A stretch of 60,530 bases of DNA, filler included, from Basidioascus undulatus (lineage: Eukaryota): assembly GCA_000826855.1 (NCBI GenBank). It is 5 parts of 5 records of this genome, joined end to end, with 100 filler letters (N's around TTAATTAATTAA, not from the genome) between each part and the next. Parts side by side here need not be neighbours in the genome. Positions count along the whole stretch, not along the records: positions 24,018 to 52,542 come from JTLS01000147.1; 4 more parts are not named here. One strand, 5' to 3'. The notes beneath the pieces are model-generated. The model saw nothing but the letters and a program-made list of their open reading frames with translations, did not search any database and was not told where the DNA came from. Numbering within the stretch: position 1 is the stretch's first letter; every line of letters starts with the position of its first letter. The position numbers and the translations under genes are program-made. Of this stretch, positions 24,018 to 36,987 are shown in pieces.

Positions 24018-25435
24018 GCCCCGCGAGCCAGAGATGTCGTCCGAGTCGGCGAAATCGAAGCCACGCCCCGTGACGACGTTCCAGGCCGCGCAGATCTGCG
24101 ACTGAAGGTACGAGATGATGACTTCGGAGAGGAGCTCGTGCCCGTTCGCGTTAGCCAGCATCGGGTCCGTGAAGTAGGTCGCCCGCGCGAGATCGGGGTC
24201 GGAGAGGTAGTCGTGGTAAAGGAGGCCCTTGATGCTGAGCGAGGGGGGAAAAGGAAGGAGACGCAGCCCGTCAGATCTCAGCATGGGGTCCAACAAGAGC
24301 AGACGGTCTACGAGGGGATACTAACTCACCTGATGTGCGGGACATCGTAGAACTGCGCAACGACGGTGTGGAGCAGCTCGGGGCCGGCGAAGCCGTTCTG
24401 CGCTTGCAGCTGCGGCGAGAAGTGGCCGAGGATGATGACGGCGGGGGTGTCGGGGCGGGTGAGGATGGAGCGGACGAGGAGCTCGAAGTGGGAGAGCCAT
24501 TCACGGTCGCTGGTGCCGATGCGGCGGACAGTCAGCATCGCAAGGAAACCCGCCAGGTGGGTAGGGTGCGTATGAGCGAAAGGACACACTTGGGGTCCTC
24601 GGTGTCAAAGTCGAGGATGACGAGGTCTGTCCGGTCGGGGAGGTGGTGGCTGTTGCAGAAGGCGTAGTACGCAGAGTCCGTCCGCCGCAGCGCGCCGTTC
24701 GTGAGCTCGTTCGCAGGGTGCGGGAAGACCGAGTTCCACCACTTAAAGAGGCGCGCGGCGTAGCCGTTGCGGTGGACGGGGTCGTCGCCGGCGCCGTGGC
24801 ATGCGGCGACTGTGATGAAGTGGGGCGGGAGTGATGAGGTCAGCGGTACAATAAAAAGAAGGGTTCGGGTAGCAAGGACAGGAGGTTGATCCGGCAAAGG
24901 AAGGACATCGCCAGGCACGCCTGCTTGTCTTCTCCGCTCGCCTCTCGTGTTCCTCGTCCTGCCTGCCTCTGCGAATCCAAACAGGAGAAACCGACTCACT
25001 CGACCCGCCCAAAATGCTGATAGTAACGGGGTGACCGCCCAGGGCCTTGTTAATCACGCGCTGCACACGCGCGCCGCTGCCGGTGTGCAAGCGGGTGCGG
25101 AGCATGTCCATCTGGCCGTGCTTGGTTCCCACGACATCGCCAGGCCCAAAGACGGGGCAAAAGTCGAAGGGATCGGGCTGGGATTCGGTGTTGTTGAGGT
25201 AGTCGTGTGGGCGGAGCGAGGAAGGGTCAAAGTCGAGTGCGCCGCCCTGGGACGAGGGCGCGAAGAGGACGCGGGTGATGAAGAGGAGCGCGCCGGCGAC
25301 GAAGAGAATGTACCACGTCCGGGGCAGGAGGCCGAGGACTGGCTTGCCCTCAGACTGGGAGGACGCGTTTGAGGGGGACGCGAAGGACGGACGCCGGGCC
25401 TCGTCGTCGCGAAGTTTGGACGGTCGCATCATCAT
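24018..25435 (-). CDS. Cap64/Cas3-family capsule-associated (SGNH-like) type II membrane protein, 3' truncated
   Basis: N-terminal TM segment, then GSGARVQRVINKALGGHPVTISILGGS/VAACHGAGDDP...WWNSVFPHPANELTNGALRRTDSAYYAFC...FELLVRSIL...VAQFYDVPHI. Confidence 0.85.
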
Positions 25436-26785
25436 CGTGCGAACAGCGGGGGAGATCCGGGCTGGCGAAGAAGGAAGGCGCTGTGGGCGACGGGAAGGAC
25501 GGGGTCTTGAACGATGAGCTCGCGCCTGCTGACGGCGGGCGCGAGGTGAATGGTGGGGAGGACAAGAGTGCGCTTCGAAGCGACGACAGAGGCAAGGATC
25601 AAGCTGCTCAAAGTGCGAAGCCGAGCGAAGGGGCGGGTCGAGGCGCTGGCGGGTCGGGGCTCGATTGAGGCAGGCGCGCGACCGGCAGCTCTGGCAGGCG
25701 CGACTGCAAGGGTCTTTCCACAGCCAAACCTTGACCACAGCGCAACATTATTATTGAAAGTAACCTTGCAGCCTACGATGAAAGCTCTTCATCATGGCAG
25801 CTGAAAGCCCGATGAATACAGTCTCCCATGGAGTGCGAAGGACACGCCGACACCAAGGATGATGCCAGACGCGTCTCAGGGCAGCCTCTACGCCTATGTG
25901 TGAAACTATCTGTCAACCGACCTTCCCATTTTGACAGGTAGTATCGACAAAGTAAGGGCGACGCAGCGTGAGTGAACATTCAAGGGCTCTGTTTCTTTGT
26001 AAACCCTTACATACGTAGGGATGAAATGTGCAGCGTCAGAGTCCGTCTGCTTATACAGTGAACAAAATGCTAGTTCATCTGTGCGCCGACGTTCGGGACG
26101 TACGATCGCTGGGGTGGCCTGGGTGCCTTTTAGCCTCGACCAGATCACCCGTAAGCATGATCCCCTTGAACGCAGTGTCCTCGAAAAGGTAAGGTGGGCG
26201 GATTAAGGGTTGAAACGCTTTTCCCAGCACCAAGGAGATCAGTCATGGATACTGAACCAAGGCTGCACATAGAGCAGCGGATTTACAGCCGTCTGCTGTG
26301 GAGAAATGGCCCCGATAGTGGATGGAAGTCACATAGGGCAGAATCTACTGTCTTTCGTTTCCAGTCGGCTGGCCAGATATGTAGCTTTTGGGCAAAACGG
26401 ACGGTGCCGAGCTGGGAGACGCTGGCGCAAGTTTTCCAGGATTGAGGCTCAATTAAATTGGGCTTGCGGAATGAGGACAAAGGATGTACTTCAACAATTG
26501 CAGCCCAATATCTTTCATATGAATTCGGACAGGCACCGCTGGGTGATCAAGCGGGCTCAAAAGTCATCATCCCCGAACGAGTCCGGATCCCCTTGGCCCG
26601 CCGCCAGCTTGAGTCGGTTCGAAAAGCGCAGGGCTGACATACCTAGGTAGCGTTGGTGTCATTGCAGCTCCAAGATGATGAGAACGTTTGAATTCAGAGG
26701 CAGTCTTCTATAAGCCGTTTCAATTCACCACAGGCTGACCTGACGAAGCGCCTCTACCTACGTTTCGAACGCACACCAAGCCGGC

Positions 26786-29366
26786 CTACCCAGTAAGCCT
26801 GGCAGAGGAAGGCAGGCTGAAAGACGTCCGAGATGAATAAAGAACATGAACCGCCCTCTTACATCGAAACTGGTATGCGATCAGGCTCTCGCAAGGATTC
26901 TGCGGATTTGTTTGAAACGGGCTATGGAGACCGGAAAAAATGAGTATCAGAGAGCTGTTCAGTGCAAAGTGAACACCAGACTTGCCGTGAAGTAGACACA
27001 GCGCTCCAGCCACCATCATGCAGCCTCCGAAAATCGCGAGGTACTGCGCGGGTGAAGACTTTTATCAGCACAGGACTTTCGATGCCAGTGGAAAAGAGCC
27101 AGTCTTACTTTCCATTGACGCCCTGACTGATCGACGATAGCAGCGCCTAGAGGGTTGCCGGCGAGGTTTCCTGTTCGGAGGGATTAGCCAGCTAGGCGGC
27201 AATCAGGCAGTCCCAGCTTACCTGGGAATTCGCGAGCATGAGCACTGCGAGAGGATTTACGAGTCAGCTCGGGGCGGGTGTCTGGGATAGACCAAGTGGA
27301 CGCACTGCCCCTCACAATGGTAGCTGATTGGAGGGCATGAGCGTCAGGGTGTGTTCAAAGCAGCAAATGGGAAGTGCGTCCTACCAAGCTGTTCCCTCCC
27401 GAACAGCGCAGAGGCAATGACAGGAAGCAAAATTGTGAATATCGGTCCAACAGCACCGCTGGGACAGGAAACAGTATCAGCGGATTAAACGGGTCGAGAA
27501 GAAAAGTGGAGATATTCTCACTAAAGGAAAGCGAAGGCTATCGTCCCTCCGTAGTTTGTGATGTTGGACCAGATGACGAGCTGGAACAGTTCGGACAGCA
27601 AGAGAACAGTGAATAGACTGTTGACGGGGCGAAAAGTAATCTGCAAGCTGACCCGCCACCGTGCGACCAATTCTGCCGCAGGAGGTTCCCGTGAGTATTC
27701 ATACACTTGACAAGAAAACGGTGATCGTCAAGCAAGAAAGTTGGGCAGTACTCACCCCGCATTGAAGTTCATGATGGCCGACATGAGGGCGGCGCCGATG
27801 GGGGTAGTGCCCGGAACGACGTCAAAAGTAAAGGTAACCTGACCAATTCAGGAGAGTGAGTAGACGACATGCGGGTTGAAGAGGTCAAGCGCACGACGAA
27901 AAAGAAGGGAAGGGTGTAGCCGAACACCTGCAGATGATAGAGAGTCAGCCATCGATTGAAAGGCTCTAGGAATCGGCAATTGAGCGCTTACACAGATAAC
28001 GACAGCGAAAAGCAAGCTCAAGAGCCTCGTGTTCTTGAGAAGCGATGCGGCAAAGAACGGGCGCTTCTTGATCTCGCCCACGCCCGTCGTCCTGCTTTGA
28101 GGTCTTTGACGATCTTTTGCTGGGAGGGGAAGCGAGTCTTGATGAGAAACAAGGCGGTGGTGCAGCAGAAAAGGTGGGATCGCGGCGAAGACGAGCAGGT
28201 TGTAGCGCGTGCCGATCTTGTCCAGCATGACCTAGCCGACGAGGCAGTTGAATCCTGCACCAAACCCTGACCGCGACGGCGATGCCCGTAGGAAGACCGT
28301 ATCGGCGCTGAAACCATTGTGATGGCGCTGCCATGAGGCAGGGAAGTAGAAGTCCGGCTCCAACGCCCGATAGCAGGCCCGTTGGGAACTGTCAGCAACG
28401 AGGAGGAAGCATGGACTGACTTAAGACTGAAGACCAACCTGCGTAATGAGAGTCTGCTACAACTTCTTGCTTACGGCCGCAAAACGAGTGCCACGACGTT
28501 GATGGCCGCGCCGGGACGAAGAACCACCTGGAAAGAGCGCGGAGTAAGCGGGTGCAGCAACAGGTCCCAGTGTCGTCCGTTGCACTTGATACCACTGAAT
28601 CACGTAACGTGTCTATCAGAATCAAGGATCTCCAATTGTCCAGAACAGACATACGGAACATCCGCCACACAGCCAGTAAAAAGACCTGTGAGAACAACGC
28701 GAACGTGTTGTCAGTGCACATTTCAGACGGAGACGGTCGGGATGAGTAACGCACAAGTGATGGTCATAGCCTGAATACAGTGTGCGATCAGTATATATCC
28801 AAAGACGCTAAGACTCAATACCTACTTACGGCCGTCTGTAGACCCGATCACAGAAACGGTGGCCGTTGAAGCATAGGGGTAAACGTTGGCAGTATCTGGC
28901 GATCAGCTTGTCAATGAGTACTGCGAGACCCGAGCATATCTCTGACTGTTGTCTACCCACTTTGGCTTTGGAAGATACTCCACTTTACTGTGCCCCGCTC
29001 CTCTTGTAAGAGATTGTCACACATCCGTATCCTTTTCGAAGAAATACGCACATTGAAAGCCCATTGTCACCCAAAGCCAGTAATGCGCATCCAGCCACAA
29101 CACCCCAAGCCTTGACTCCGCCCTCCGGATAGCTGATCTCTTGGTTACTCAGAGGATGATCACCATGGGTACTTCTCGCTGTGGACACGACCCGGTCGGT
29201 AAGAGCACTGATAGCCGAGCTGCTCCGCACAGCTCCTGCTCAGGCGGACATGGCACCACCGTCGCTTCTGTGGAGGGCGAGGGTGGGTCTGCAGACCCCT
29301 TTTCGGGGTCCGCCTGGGTCGAATTTCGGGCTGAATTCTGTGTGTAGCGTAGGGAAGTGTGGCCAT
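26786..29366 (-). pseudogene. MFS monocarboxylate-porter (MCT/Mch-like) pseudogene
   Basis: YPEGGVKAWGVVAG and SQWFQRRYGLPTGIAVA-[frameshift]-SGFG motifs; in-frame TAG at 28232-28234; further frameshifts in the N-terminal exon (~29230, ~29340). Confidence 0.75.
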
Positions 29367-30337
29367 GGTAGAGTTGCTCCGCAACAATAGGACGGGGCGG
29401 GTTGAAAGTGGTATGCAGAAACAACGAGGATGCGCCCCGGCATTCTTTTGGGCCTTCGCACACGAACAGAACATTGTCCGGGCCAACCCCTCGGGATACT
29501 GATCAGGAGTCGGTTATCGTACGGGCGAGCTGTTGAGCACACAAGCGAGCTGCCTGGATCGTCGGCACGGAGTCCATGTTCTGTTCACATCGTAACAGCT
29601 TGCACCGGCCAATTGCTGGGGCCAGTCCGGCTCGGCAGTTGACCAGCAAACATACGTACCTACCCACTAGGCTCGATGTTGATGGACGTGACAATTGGTA
29701 GACATGGCAGTTGGTGCGCCGGTCCGCCTGTTGAGCCTGTTGATATTTCTGTCGGGCAGTTGCCCTGACAGGTGCACGCCGGGTGGTGCCAGGCAGTCGA
29801 AGGCAAACTGAACGTTGCCGGCCGCGAGGGAGCCACTCTAGCTGTAATGAAATAAAAAGGTCATTATAAGTGCCCACTACATATTCTCTCTCCCCTGCCA
29901 CGGAAATCGATTTGCGCTCGACATCAAGCGCAGTCCAGGCGAGTCGGTGAAATGAAGTTAAAAGAGGGCATGCTTCAGCGAAGTTCAGCGCGAGCAATGG
30001 ACCGGTTGCCCTTCCCCAGAAGGGGCTGTTTCCTTGCCATCTCATGCGGAGGATTTGTTCAGTTGTACTTTGGCTGGGGCGCCTGATGTGCCCATTGACG
30101 CGTCATTCAGCCCACGTACAACATCCGTCGTCGAGAGGTTCAACGAGGACGGAGTCCATTCTCCGCGCTGCTCGCCTATGTACCCTACCACTCGCTATCG
30201 TAGCAACGCTGGGTACGAGTACAAAAGAGGCCATTCTCTCTTTTATTTCCCACACAAGCTATCTCACTCCTGGTCCACCCTCCGGCCGTACTTGACATCC
30301 TTCTCCAGCAACCCCCTAATCTTCGAACTCATTCACC

Positions 30338-30716
30338 ATGCCCATCGAACATGCCAAGCTCCGCGTTACTCCGTCCAGGCTGAGCCTACTTAGGTCAACC
30401 TCGAGCATGGTGCTGTGTCGTTCTTGTTACTTTTGTCTATGCTCTAGAGGCCAAGCGACTGACTAACTCTAACAGCAAGACGATCGACCTCATCGCTGAG
30501 GCAGCCACGAACGGCGCACAGATGCTCGCGTCTTCTCAGCTATGGTCAGTCCTTAACATTTGAATTTTCGTAGTTGGACCATTATTGAAGGTCCCTGACC
30601 ATGTCCATACCAGGATCCCTGGCTACGCGCACTTCCTCTGGGACCACATGTTCGCGGGCTGGTCGCCGCTCTTCCACAAGTACCTGCAGAACTCGCTCAA
30701 GGTTAACTCGCCTGAT
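30338..30716 (+). pseudogene. Nitrilase/cyanide hydratase-family pseudogene, N-terminal fragment only
   Basis: MPIEHAKLRV-[frameshift]-VQAEPT*VNLEHG/KTIDLIAEAATNGAQMLA-SSQ-LW/IPGYAHFLW...KYLQNSLKVNSP. TAG at 30391-30393; the catalytic FPE motif is altered; similarity ends abruptly. Confidence 0.85.
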
Positions 30717-30822
30717 TGTTTTTGGGTATTATAGACTTTTTAACATGAAGCGAAGACATTTGCGTTTACCGTGCACAGAACATGAATCTTACATTGGTTA
30801 TTGTGCAGCGTCCCCTTCGCCA

Positions 30823-30858
30823 CCCCTACCGCAGCTTTGCCCCCTACCGCAGCTTTGC
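30823..30858 (+). repeat. Perfect 18-bp tandem duplication (CCCCTACCGCAGCTTTGC x2)
   Basis: Read directly from the sequence. Confidence 0.9.
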
Positions 30859-31246
30859 CCGAAGTACATCTATGAAATCGTTCATTCATTAACAACCCTT
30901 CGTAGGGCTTGGTTGAAACTCTCTATGACAGCATTAACACATGTATGCCCAGGTCACGCATTCAGATACAGAACACAGTTGAAGTCAACAGTTTTCTCGA
31001 AGCCTCTCCGGTATCTTATAGGCAAGTCCTGCGAACGTTTCGAATCCACGACTGCAAAAGCTTCTTCTAATCCTGCAGGGTCACGAAGACCCAGAGTAGC
31101 TCAATCCGCTTGAATTTGACACCCGGAACTATCAGACTTGCGAGAAATTTAGAAGGAGTGAAACTGTGAAAGAAGACTTGCAGTCAGCCGGCGTCGACTT
31201 TCGGGTTCAGGAAACAGTAAGGGATGGCTTACGCGGCAGTTCGACC

Positions 31247-32400
31247 TCAGACAGCAGCCTCATCAGCGATCTTTGCAACTTGCCCAGCTTGCTCGTACTC
31301 CTCGACGTCCTGCGCGGTAAGCGTCCCGAAGTCCGGTCCAAACACTGCAAGATCTTGGATCTGGTCGCTTTCGGTCGAGCCCGTCCTAAGGGACAGATGT
31401 TAGCAAAATATCGGAATGGACACAGGGTTGAAACGTACACCACAGCCAGAATACCCCTGGCCTTGAACCACGCCAGATTGGTTTGGCGGGAAGTGGTGTC
31501 TGCGCCCGGACGACCGGCGATCACCGCCGCGGCCTGCTGTGTAATCCTGCCTTGCAGCGGGGCGGAAGCGACAGAGCTGGCGAGGAGGAAATCGTGTTCC
31601 TTGGCGAGCTCGACTAGCGGCAGAGACTTGTTGATGTTGACGAGGTCGTAGACGATCTCGAAGACGGCGGGCGGCACAGTGACGCTGACGGACTCCAGGA
31701 GCTCAATGGTGGACTCGTCGTCCCAGAAGGCGAGACCGAGAGAGCTGTATGGAAAAACCAATGAAGAAATAAGATTATCTGTGCACCTTACAACAACTCA
31801 ATGGTGCATACGCGCTTACCGAACGGTGCCTTCCTGTTGGAACCTTTGCATCTTGCTCCATACGCGAGCTGGGAAGCCGATGAGCTCAGGTCGGTCGATG
31901 GAGTAGAGGTCGATGTAAGTGCTGCCGAGCTGTATCACAGCGAAACTTATCAATGTTAATGATGAAATGGCCGTACAACACACAATTGCTCACCCTGCTT
32001 AGCGCGTCCGCAAACTCGATCTCGGTCGCCTGACTGAGGCGGCGAGTGAACTTAGCGGACACGTAGATGTCCTCCCTCGCAATGCCCACCTCTGCGAGCG
32101 CTTGACGGAGGTTGACGAGGTATTCGGGGTCGTTGACCTCTGCGTAGTGCAGAAGGTAAACGTCCAAGACAATCATTTTGGGTGAAATGCCCACTGCTCA
32201 CCGAAATGACGATATCCTACACGCAAAGCGCTGGTCACGATTGCCGTGGCGTCTTGCTCTACGGACGCAGCGTCAATGCCAAACGCCGGAGAAGGGATGG
32301 TTCTCCCGTCGTTGAGGTTGAGGAGCGTGTGCCCGGCGTAGGATTGGGCAAGTGTCATGGCGAAGAACGAGGTCGGAAAGAGGAAGAGGTTGAGGAGCAT
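31247..32400 (-). CDS. Divergent aldo-keto reductase-fold protein with possible signal peptide
   Basis: LNDGRTIPSPAFG...ALRVGYRHF/E...IAREDIYVSAK...LGSTYIDLYSIDRP...EGTVRSLGL...LAWFKARGI. Four introns splice to an open frame ending AAV*. Confidence 0.8.
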
Positions 32401-33297
32401 GGTGGACAGTGGATTTTGGTGGGGTGGAGGGGATTGAGAAAGTGAAGAAGAGGCCCGAGTATTGAGATTATGGAACGAGACTTGCTGGGGAAAGGGGCGC
32501 CACTTGGGAGAGGCGAAGAATGAGGGAGGGTCGTGAGTTCGCAGGCGCCCTTATATCCCTCAAGAAAAAGCAACGTTGGAAACGGAAACAACTGCCCTTC
32601 TACCGTGAAAGCTCCCGCACTCTCAAACAATGGTCGTGCCAAGAAGAGATTGCCGCGCCCCTGCGAAGTTGAAATTGCACCCTCGACCAGGGGCAGTCTC
32701 CCCTAACTCGCCATGCTACATGATCCTGCTGATGGCTCTCTTTTCTCGACAACTCATTATGGATCACGATTGCGAGTTGATTTTGAAAGGGCCTTCCCGA
32801 GGATGTGTATCCTAGACCCACGCTCAGCACGCTGATCCGCTTGCAGCGGCAGCGCATCCACTCTGAACACTGGACCCGACACTGGTCTCTGCGAGATGAG
32901 CATTCCAAGCGGACTGCAGGGGCATTGCAGCCATGTACCGGAATGCAGGTGGCAAAAATGATTACAGCAAACATGTGTGTGTGAGGACGTTGAGGGCGTA
33001 CAACCGACAGGATGGTCGTCCTTCCAAGCATCGAGGTGCACGCCTCAGGAAAATGAAATGTATGGTCACTTTATGCTAAGAAGGCACCTAAACGAGCCTC
33101 GCCACAAGTCTTCTCCCAAACACTTCAAGAAGCATGCTAAAGCAGTGCGAGCTCAGCACGCCCCCAACCGCACGCCTGCAGGAACACAGCAGGTTGCATC
33201 ACATCAGATCTAGCGCTCATCAACCCATTCAAGCCATTAAACAGCGCGCAGCGTTTCTCCCTCCATCTCAGCCGCCCTCGCCCAACGCCTCTCACAG

Positions 33298-36293
33298 TCA
33301 CAGCGCCTTCGCGACCTCGTGCAGGTATGCCGCGAACGTCTTCGTGCCCTGGATGTCTGTGCGCGGGTTTCGCACGTTCTCATTAGTTGGTCAGCCACAG
33401 CGCCTCTCAAGGGGAAGAAGGGAGGAAGGGAATGACGAACAGTTGCTGACGTCCAGCTTCTCGTTGGTCGAGCTGCGCGGCCACAGTTGTCAGTAAATCA
33501 GAAGCTTTAGATATTGGTCCGAAAGGGAGACAGAGGCTGAGGCTTAGAACGTACTGCGCGCCGTCGTCGGAGCGGCCCATTGGGAGGACTGGGTGAGCGT
33601 TGCAGGGTGAATGTCAGTCCGTGCACGGATACCGAGGAGAAAGAAAAGAGGAGGTGGAGGAAAGAGAAGAGCCAACGCACGCAGGACATTCACGCCCAGC
33701 GCCTCCGCGAACGTCAAGGTCACCCTGTTCACCGTTCCTCGGCAGGTCAGCCAGCCTGCCATGCCTCTTCCAACAGAAAAGCAAAATGAGACGGACGGGA
33801 TGCTCCCGCCCTCGCGGGTCCTATCAAGACCACAGCACGCATAGTCAGCGGCGGTAAAAAGGGAGGGACAGCAAACCAGAAAACGCACAAGTCCGGCTCG
33901 ACCCCATACACAGTCTTGATTGCGCGCGCGGCCGCTTCGTAGTTCGGATGCTCCGGGTCGGCAACCCACGCCTTCCCGCCGGAGAGCATCTCGACCTTGA
34001 GCGTGTTCTTGCTGTTCAGATTGGCGAACTCGCACTCGAGGTACTGCGGTCCGCCAACATGCGCTGTCAGCATCTCGTAGCGTGGATATGAGACGAGGTG
34101 ATAGAAGGGAAAGGGGAGGGGGAAGGGATTACCTTCTTCACCAGGTCGCCGACGACGTCCGGGTCCATGTCCGGCACGAGGCGGATCGAGAACTTGCCGT
34201 GCACGGCGGCGGGGATGACGGTCTGCGTGCACCACCCGCCCCAACAGTCAGCGATCTCATTCCTTCACATCTTCACGTGCGAGAGAAGAGAGAATGGACC
34301 TTAGCGCCCGCGCCGTAGAACGCGCCCTCGATCCCGTGCAGCGAGAGCGAGGGGTACCTGTCCCACCATCCGCGCTCAGCGAGCCCGCACACAAAAGACA
34401 GAGGTGTGATATTGGGGAGGGGGGGCGGGCAAGAGGACGCACCGCATGCGCCCCATCAGTGCAGTAACCTTGTCGTCCGAGATGGTCGTCTTGCTCCCCG
34501 CGGCGTCGTACAGGTCCTTGACGTCAAACTCGATCGCGTCGAAGCGCTTGCTGTTGTCGGACCCCCCGCATCAGTTCCCAGACCAGAGATGGAGGGTTGA
34601 GAAAACAAGGGAAGGGAAGGTGCGGAGAGGGACAGCACCCACCGCTCGGCCTCGGTCAGAGGCGCGACGAGCTCCTTGAGCCCCGGGACGAGGATCTCGC
34701 CCGAGGGGAGGACGAGCTTGCCCACTGCCGAGGGGCAGGGGGGGGAGGGTGGCTGTGTAAATAGCAGGCATTTGAGAAGACCAGAGAAAGGGCGGCGGTT
34801 TCGCACTGAGGTGGATGAGGCTGTTGAGCAGGGAATGTCAGTCTCCGGGCTGAACAGCGTATGAGGGGACTCAGGGATCGGGACGCACTCGGTCATAGGC
34901 TCATGAATCGTCCCGCCGAAGACACCTGAAAACCCACATCCGTTCCAATAAGCATCCACAATGCTGCAAACGGAAGAAAGTACGAAGCGTAACGCACCCG
35001 AGTGCAAGTCCCTAGCCGGCCCGCTGACGGTCGCCTTGAAGTACGACAGGCCGCGCTACACCATGTGGACCAACACCATATCAGTCCAATTTTTGGGTTC
35101 TTTCCATTTACCCTATGAGAGGTTCCGGCACGCACAAGACCGTGCGTGAGGGCGGGCTTGGAGGTGGTCAGCCAGTCTGTGCAGCGCGTATCGATCCGAC
35201 AATGTCAGTTGCCAGGGCGTCAACAGTGTTGGAGAGAGGGGAGAAAGAGCAAGAGCTGCGCACAGTTGTCCGAAATGCAAACTGCGTCCGTGTCCTTCAA
35301 GAAGCCTATCCCCCACCCCCGCGCAGCCCACAGCCCCACAATCAGCAACCTAACCTCTTCCTCCCCATTCCTCCCTCCCCCAATCCCCTCAGTATCGTCA
35401 AGAAACGCACCTTGCGCCTCCCGAATGACCAGCTCGTCCAGCCCCTCGCTGCCGCTCTCCTCCATGCCTGGCTCCACCAGCCGTCAGCAAGGGACTGACG
35501 GGTAGGATGCGGATAAAGAATGGTGGAATGGAAGGAAGCTCGTACCCTCGAGCACGAACTTGAGGTTGACGGGCAGCTCGATGCCCTGCTCGACGTGCGC
35601 CTCGATCGCGTTGATCCAACCGACGATGGGGCCTGTTCCCGCAACCGCATCCGAATCAGCTCAAAGGTCCGCTCACCCCCACTTCAGAAGGAACAAAGGA
35701 GAAAAGGAGGAGGGAGGAAGGAGGGAATAGGGAAGGACGAAGAGACGGACCCTTGTCGTCCGTCGACCCGCGCCCGATCAGACGCCCCGTCTTCTCGTCG
35801 TGCACCAGCTCGAAAGGCTCAGTGTCCCACCCGTCGGAGCGCTCAGCGCTGCCCACCCAGCTTGACTTCAGCGCCTACCGTTCCCCACGCTGTCACAGCC
35901 CGGAGCACTCACGGCTGGACGTCAAAGTGCCTGCCCGCCGGGCCTCCCAATCAGCGTCCGAGCTCCGGGAGAAGAGGAAAGGAGAAGAGAGAGGGCGCAC
36001 CCGTAGATGGTAATGGTCTTCTTCTTAGGATCCTCCCCCAACTGCGCCAGCACAGCCGGCGGCAACTTTACCTTCTGGCCGTCGAGCTCCTGCTCGCCGA
36101 GCTCGACCAGGCGGACCGTTGCCCCGACACGCTCGAGCTGCGCCTTCACCCAGTGCGCCATGTGCACGACCTCGGGCCGGCGCGCGGCCTCGCCCGAGAC
36201 GGACGGGATCTCGACGGCCTCGCGCAGGCGGGCGATGAAGGCGGTGGAGTGGGAGTCGATGTAGGAGTAGAGTTGGGGAAGAGTGGGAGGAGG
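33298..36293 (-). CDS. DUG1: Cys-Gly metallodipeptidase (M20, CNDP2/Dug1); start codon missing
   Basis: [62 protein letters not shown] and GRSDDGAHSTNEKL; many in-frame introns. Confidence 0.93.
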
Positions 36294-36316
36294 CTGATGG
36301 GAAGGATGGGGCGAAG

Positions 36317-36987
36317 ATTCGAGGATCACGAGCCTGTTTGAGATGAAGTTTGGGAAGGAGAGCTTTTGGGAAAGGGGAGAGTTCCCCAACCTTTATAGCA
36401 GTACGTGTCTCTCTTCCCCTTTTTACGCCCCTCCCTCTATCTTCCATTCGTACGGAACAGGCTGACTTGACCTTGCTTGTGCCCCGTAGACGGCACCGAC
36501 AGCATCACGCTCTCCGACCCGTGGGCGGAGGGCGAGGAGCGCCTGGCGCCGTTTGATCAGCGTGCGTGCTTGCGCTGAGCTGCCATCCTCCTTTTCTTTG
36601 CCTTTCGTGGTTTACTGAGGGTGGTTGGGTATTCGCCCGGACCAGAGTTCTACCTCGTCCTCTCCGTCGCTGCGGGCAACATGAACGGCGTCTTCCCCGA
36701 CGACGTCGGAAACAAGCCGTGGGTGCGTGCCTCGTCCCACCCCCTCCTTCCATCCCATCATCCCTCTACCTCCTTCCTTCTCCATCTCTTCCAAAATCCA
36801 ATGTCTCCCGCCTCGGAGCCAGCGCTGACCAGGCGCACTCCGCGCGCAGTCCGACACCGTCGACCGCCAAGACGCGATGAACGAGTTCTGGAACGCAAAG
36901 GACAGGTGGTACCCGACGTGGGGCGCCGAGGGCGACAAGGCGCGCACGATGGCGGTCGACAGAGTCAGGATCTGGGAGCGCTGCTGA
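36317..36987 (+). CDS. GH16 beta-1,3-glucan-binding protein/glucanase, C-terminal exons only
   Basis: Four spliced exons: DSRITSLFEMKFGKESFWERGEFP...DPWAEG...APFDQQFYLVLSVAAGNMNGVFPD..GNKPW...AMNEFWNAKDRWYPTW...MAVDRVRIWERC*. Confidence 0.85.
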
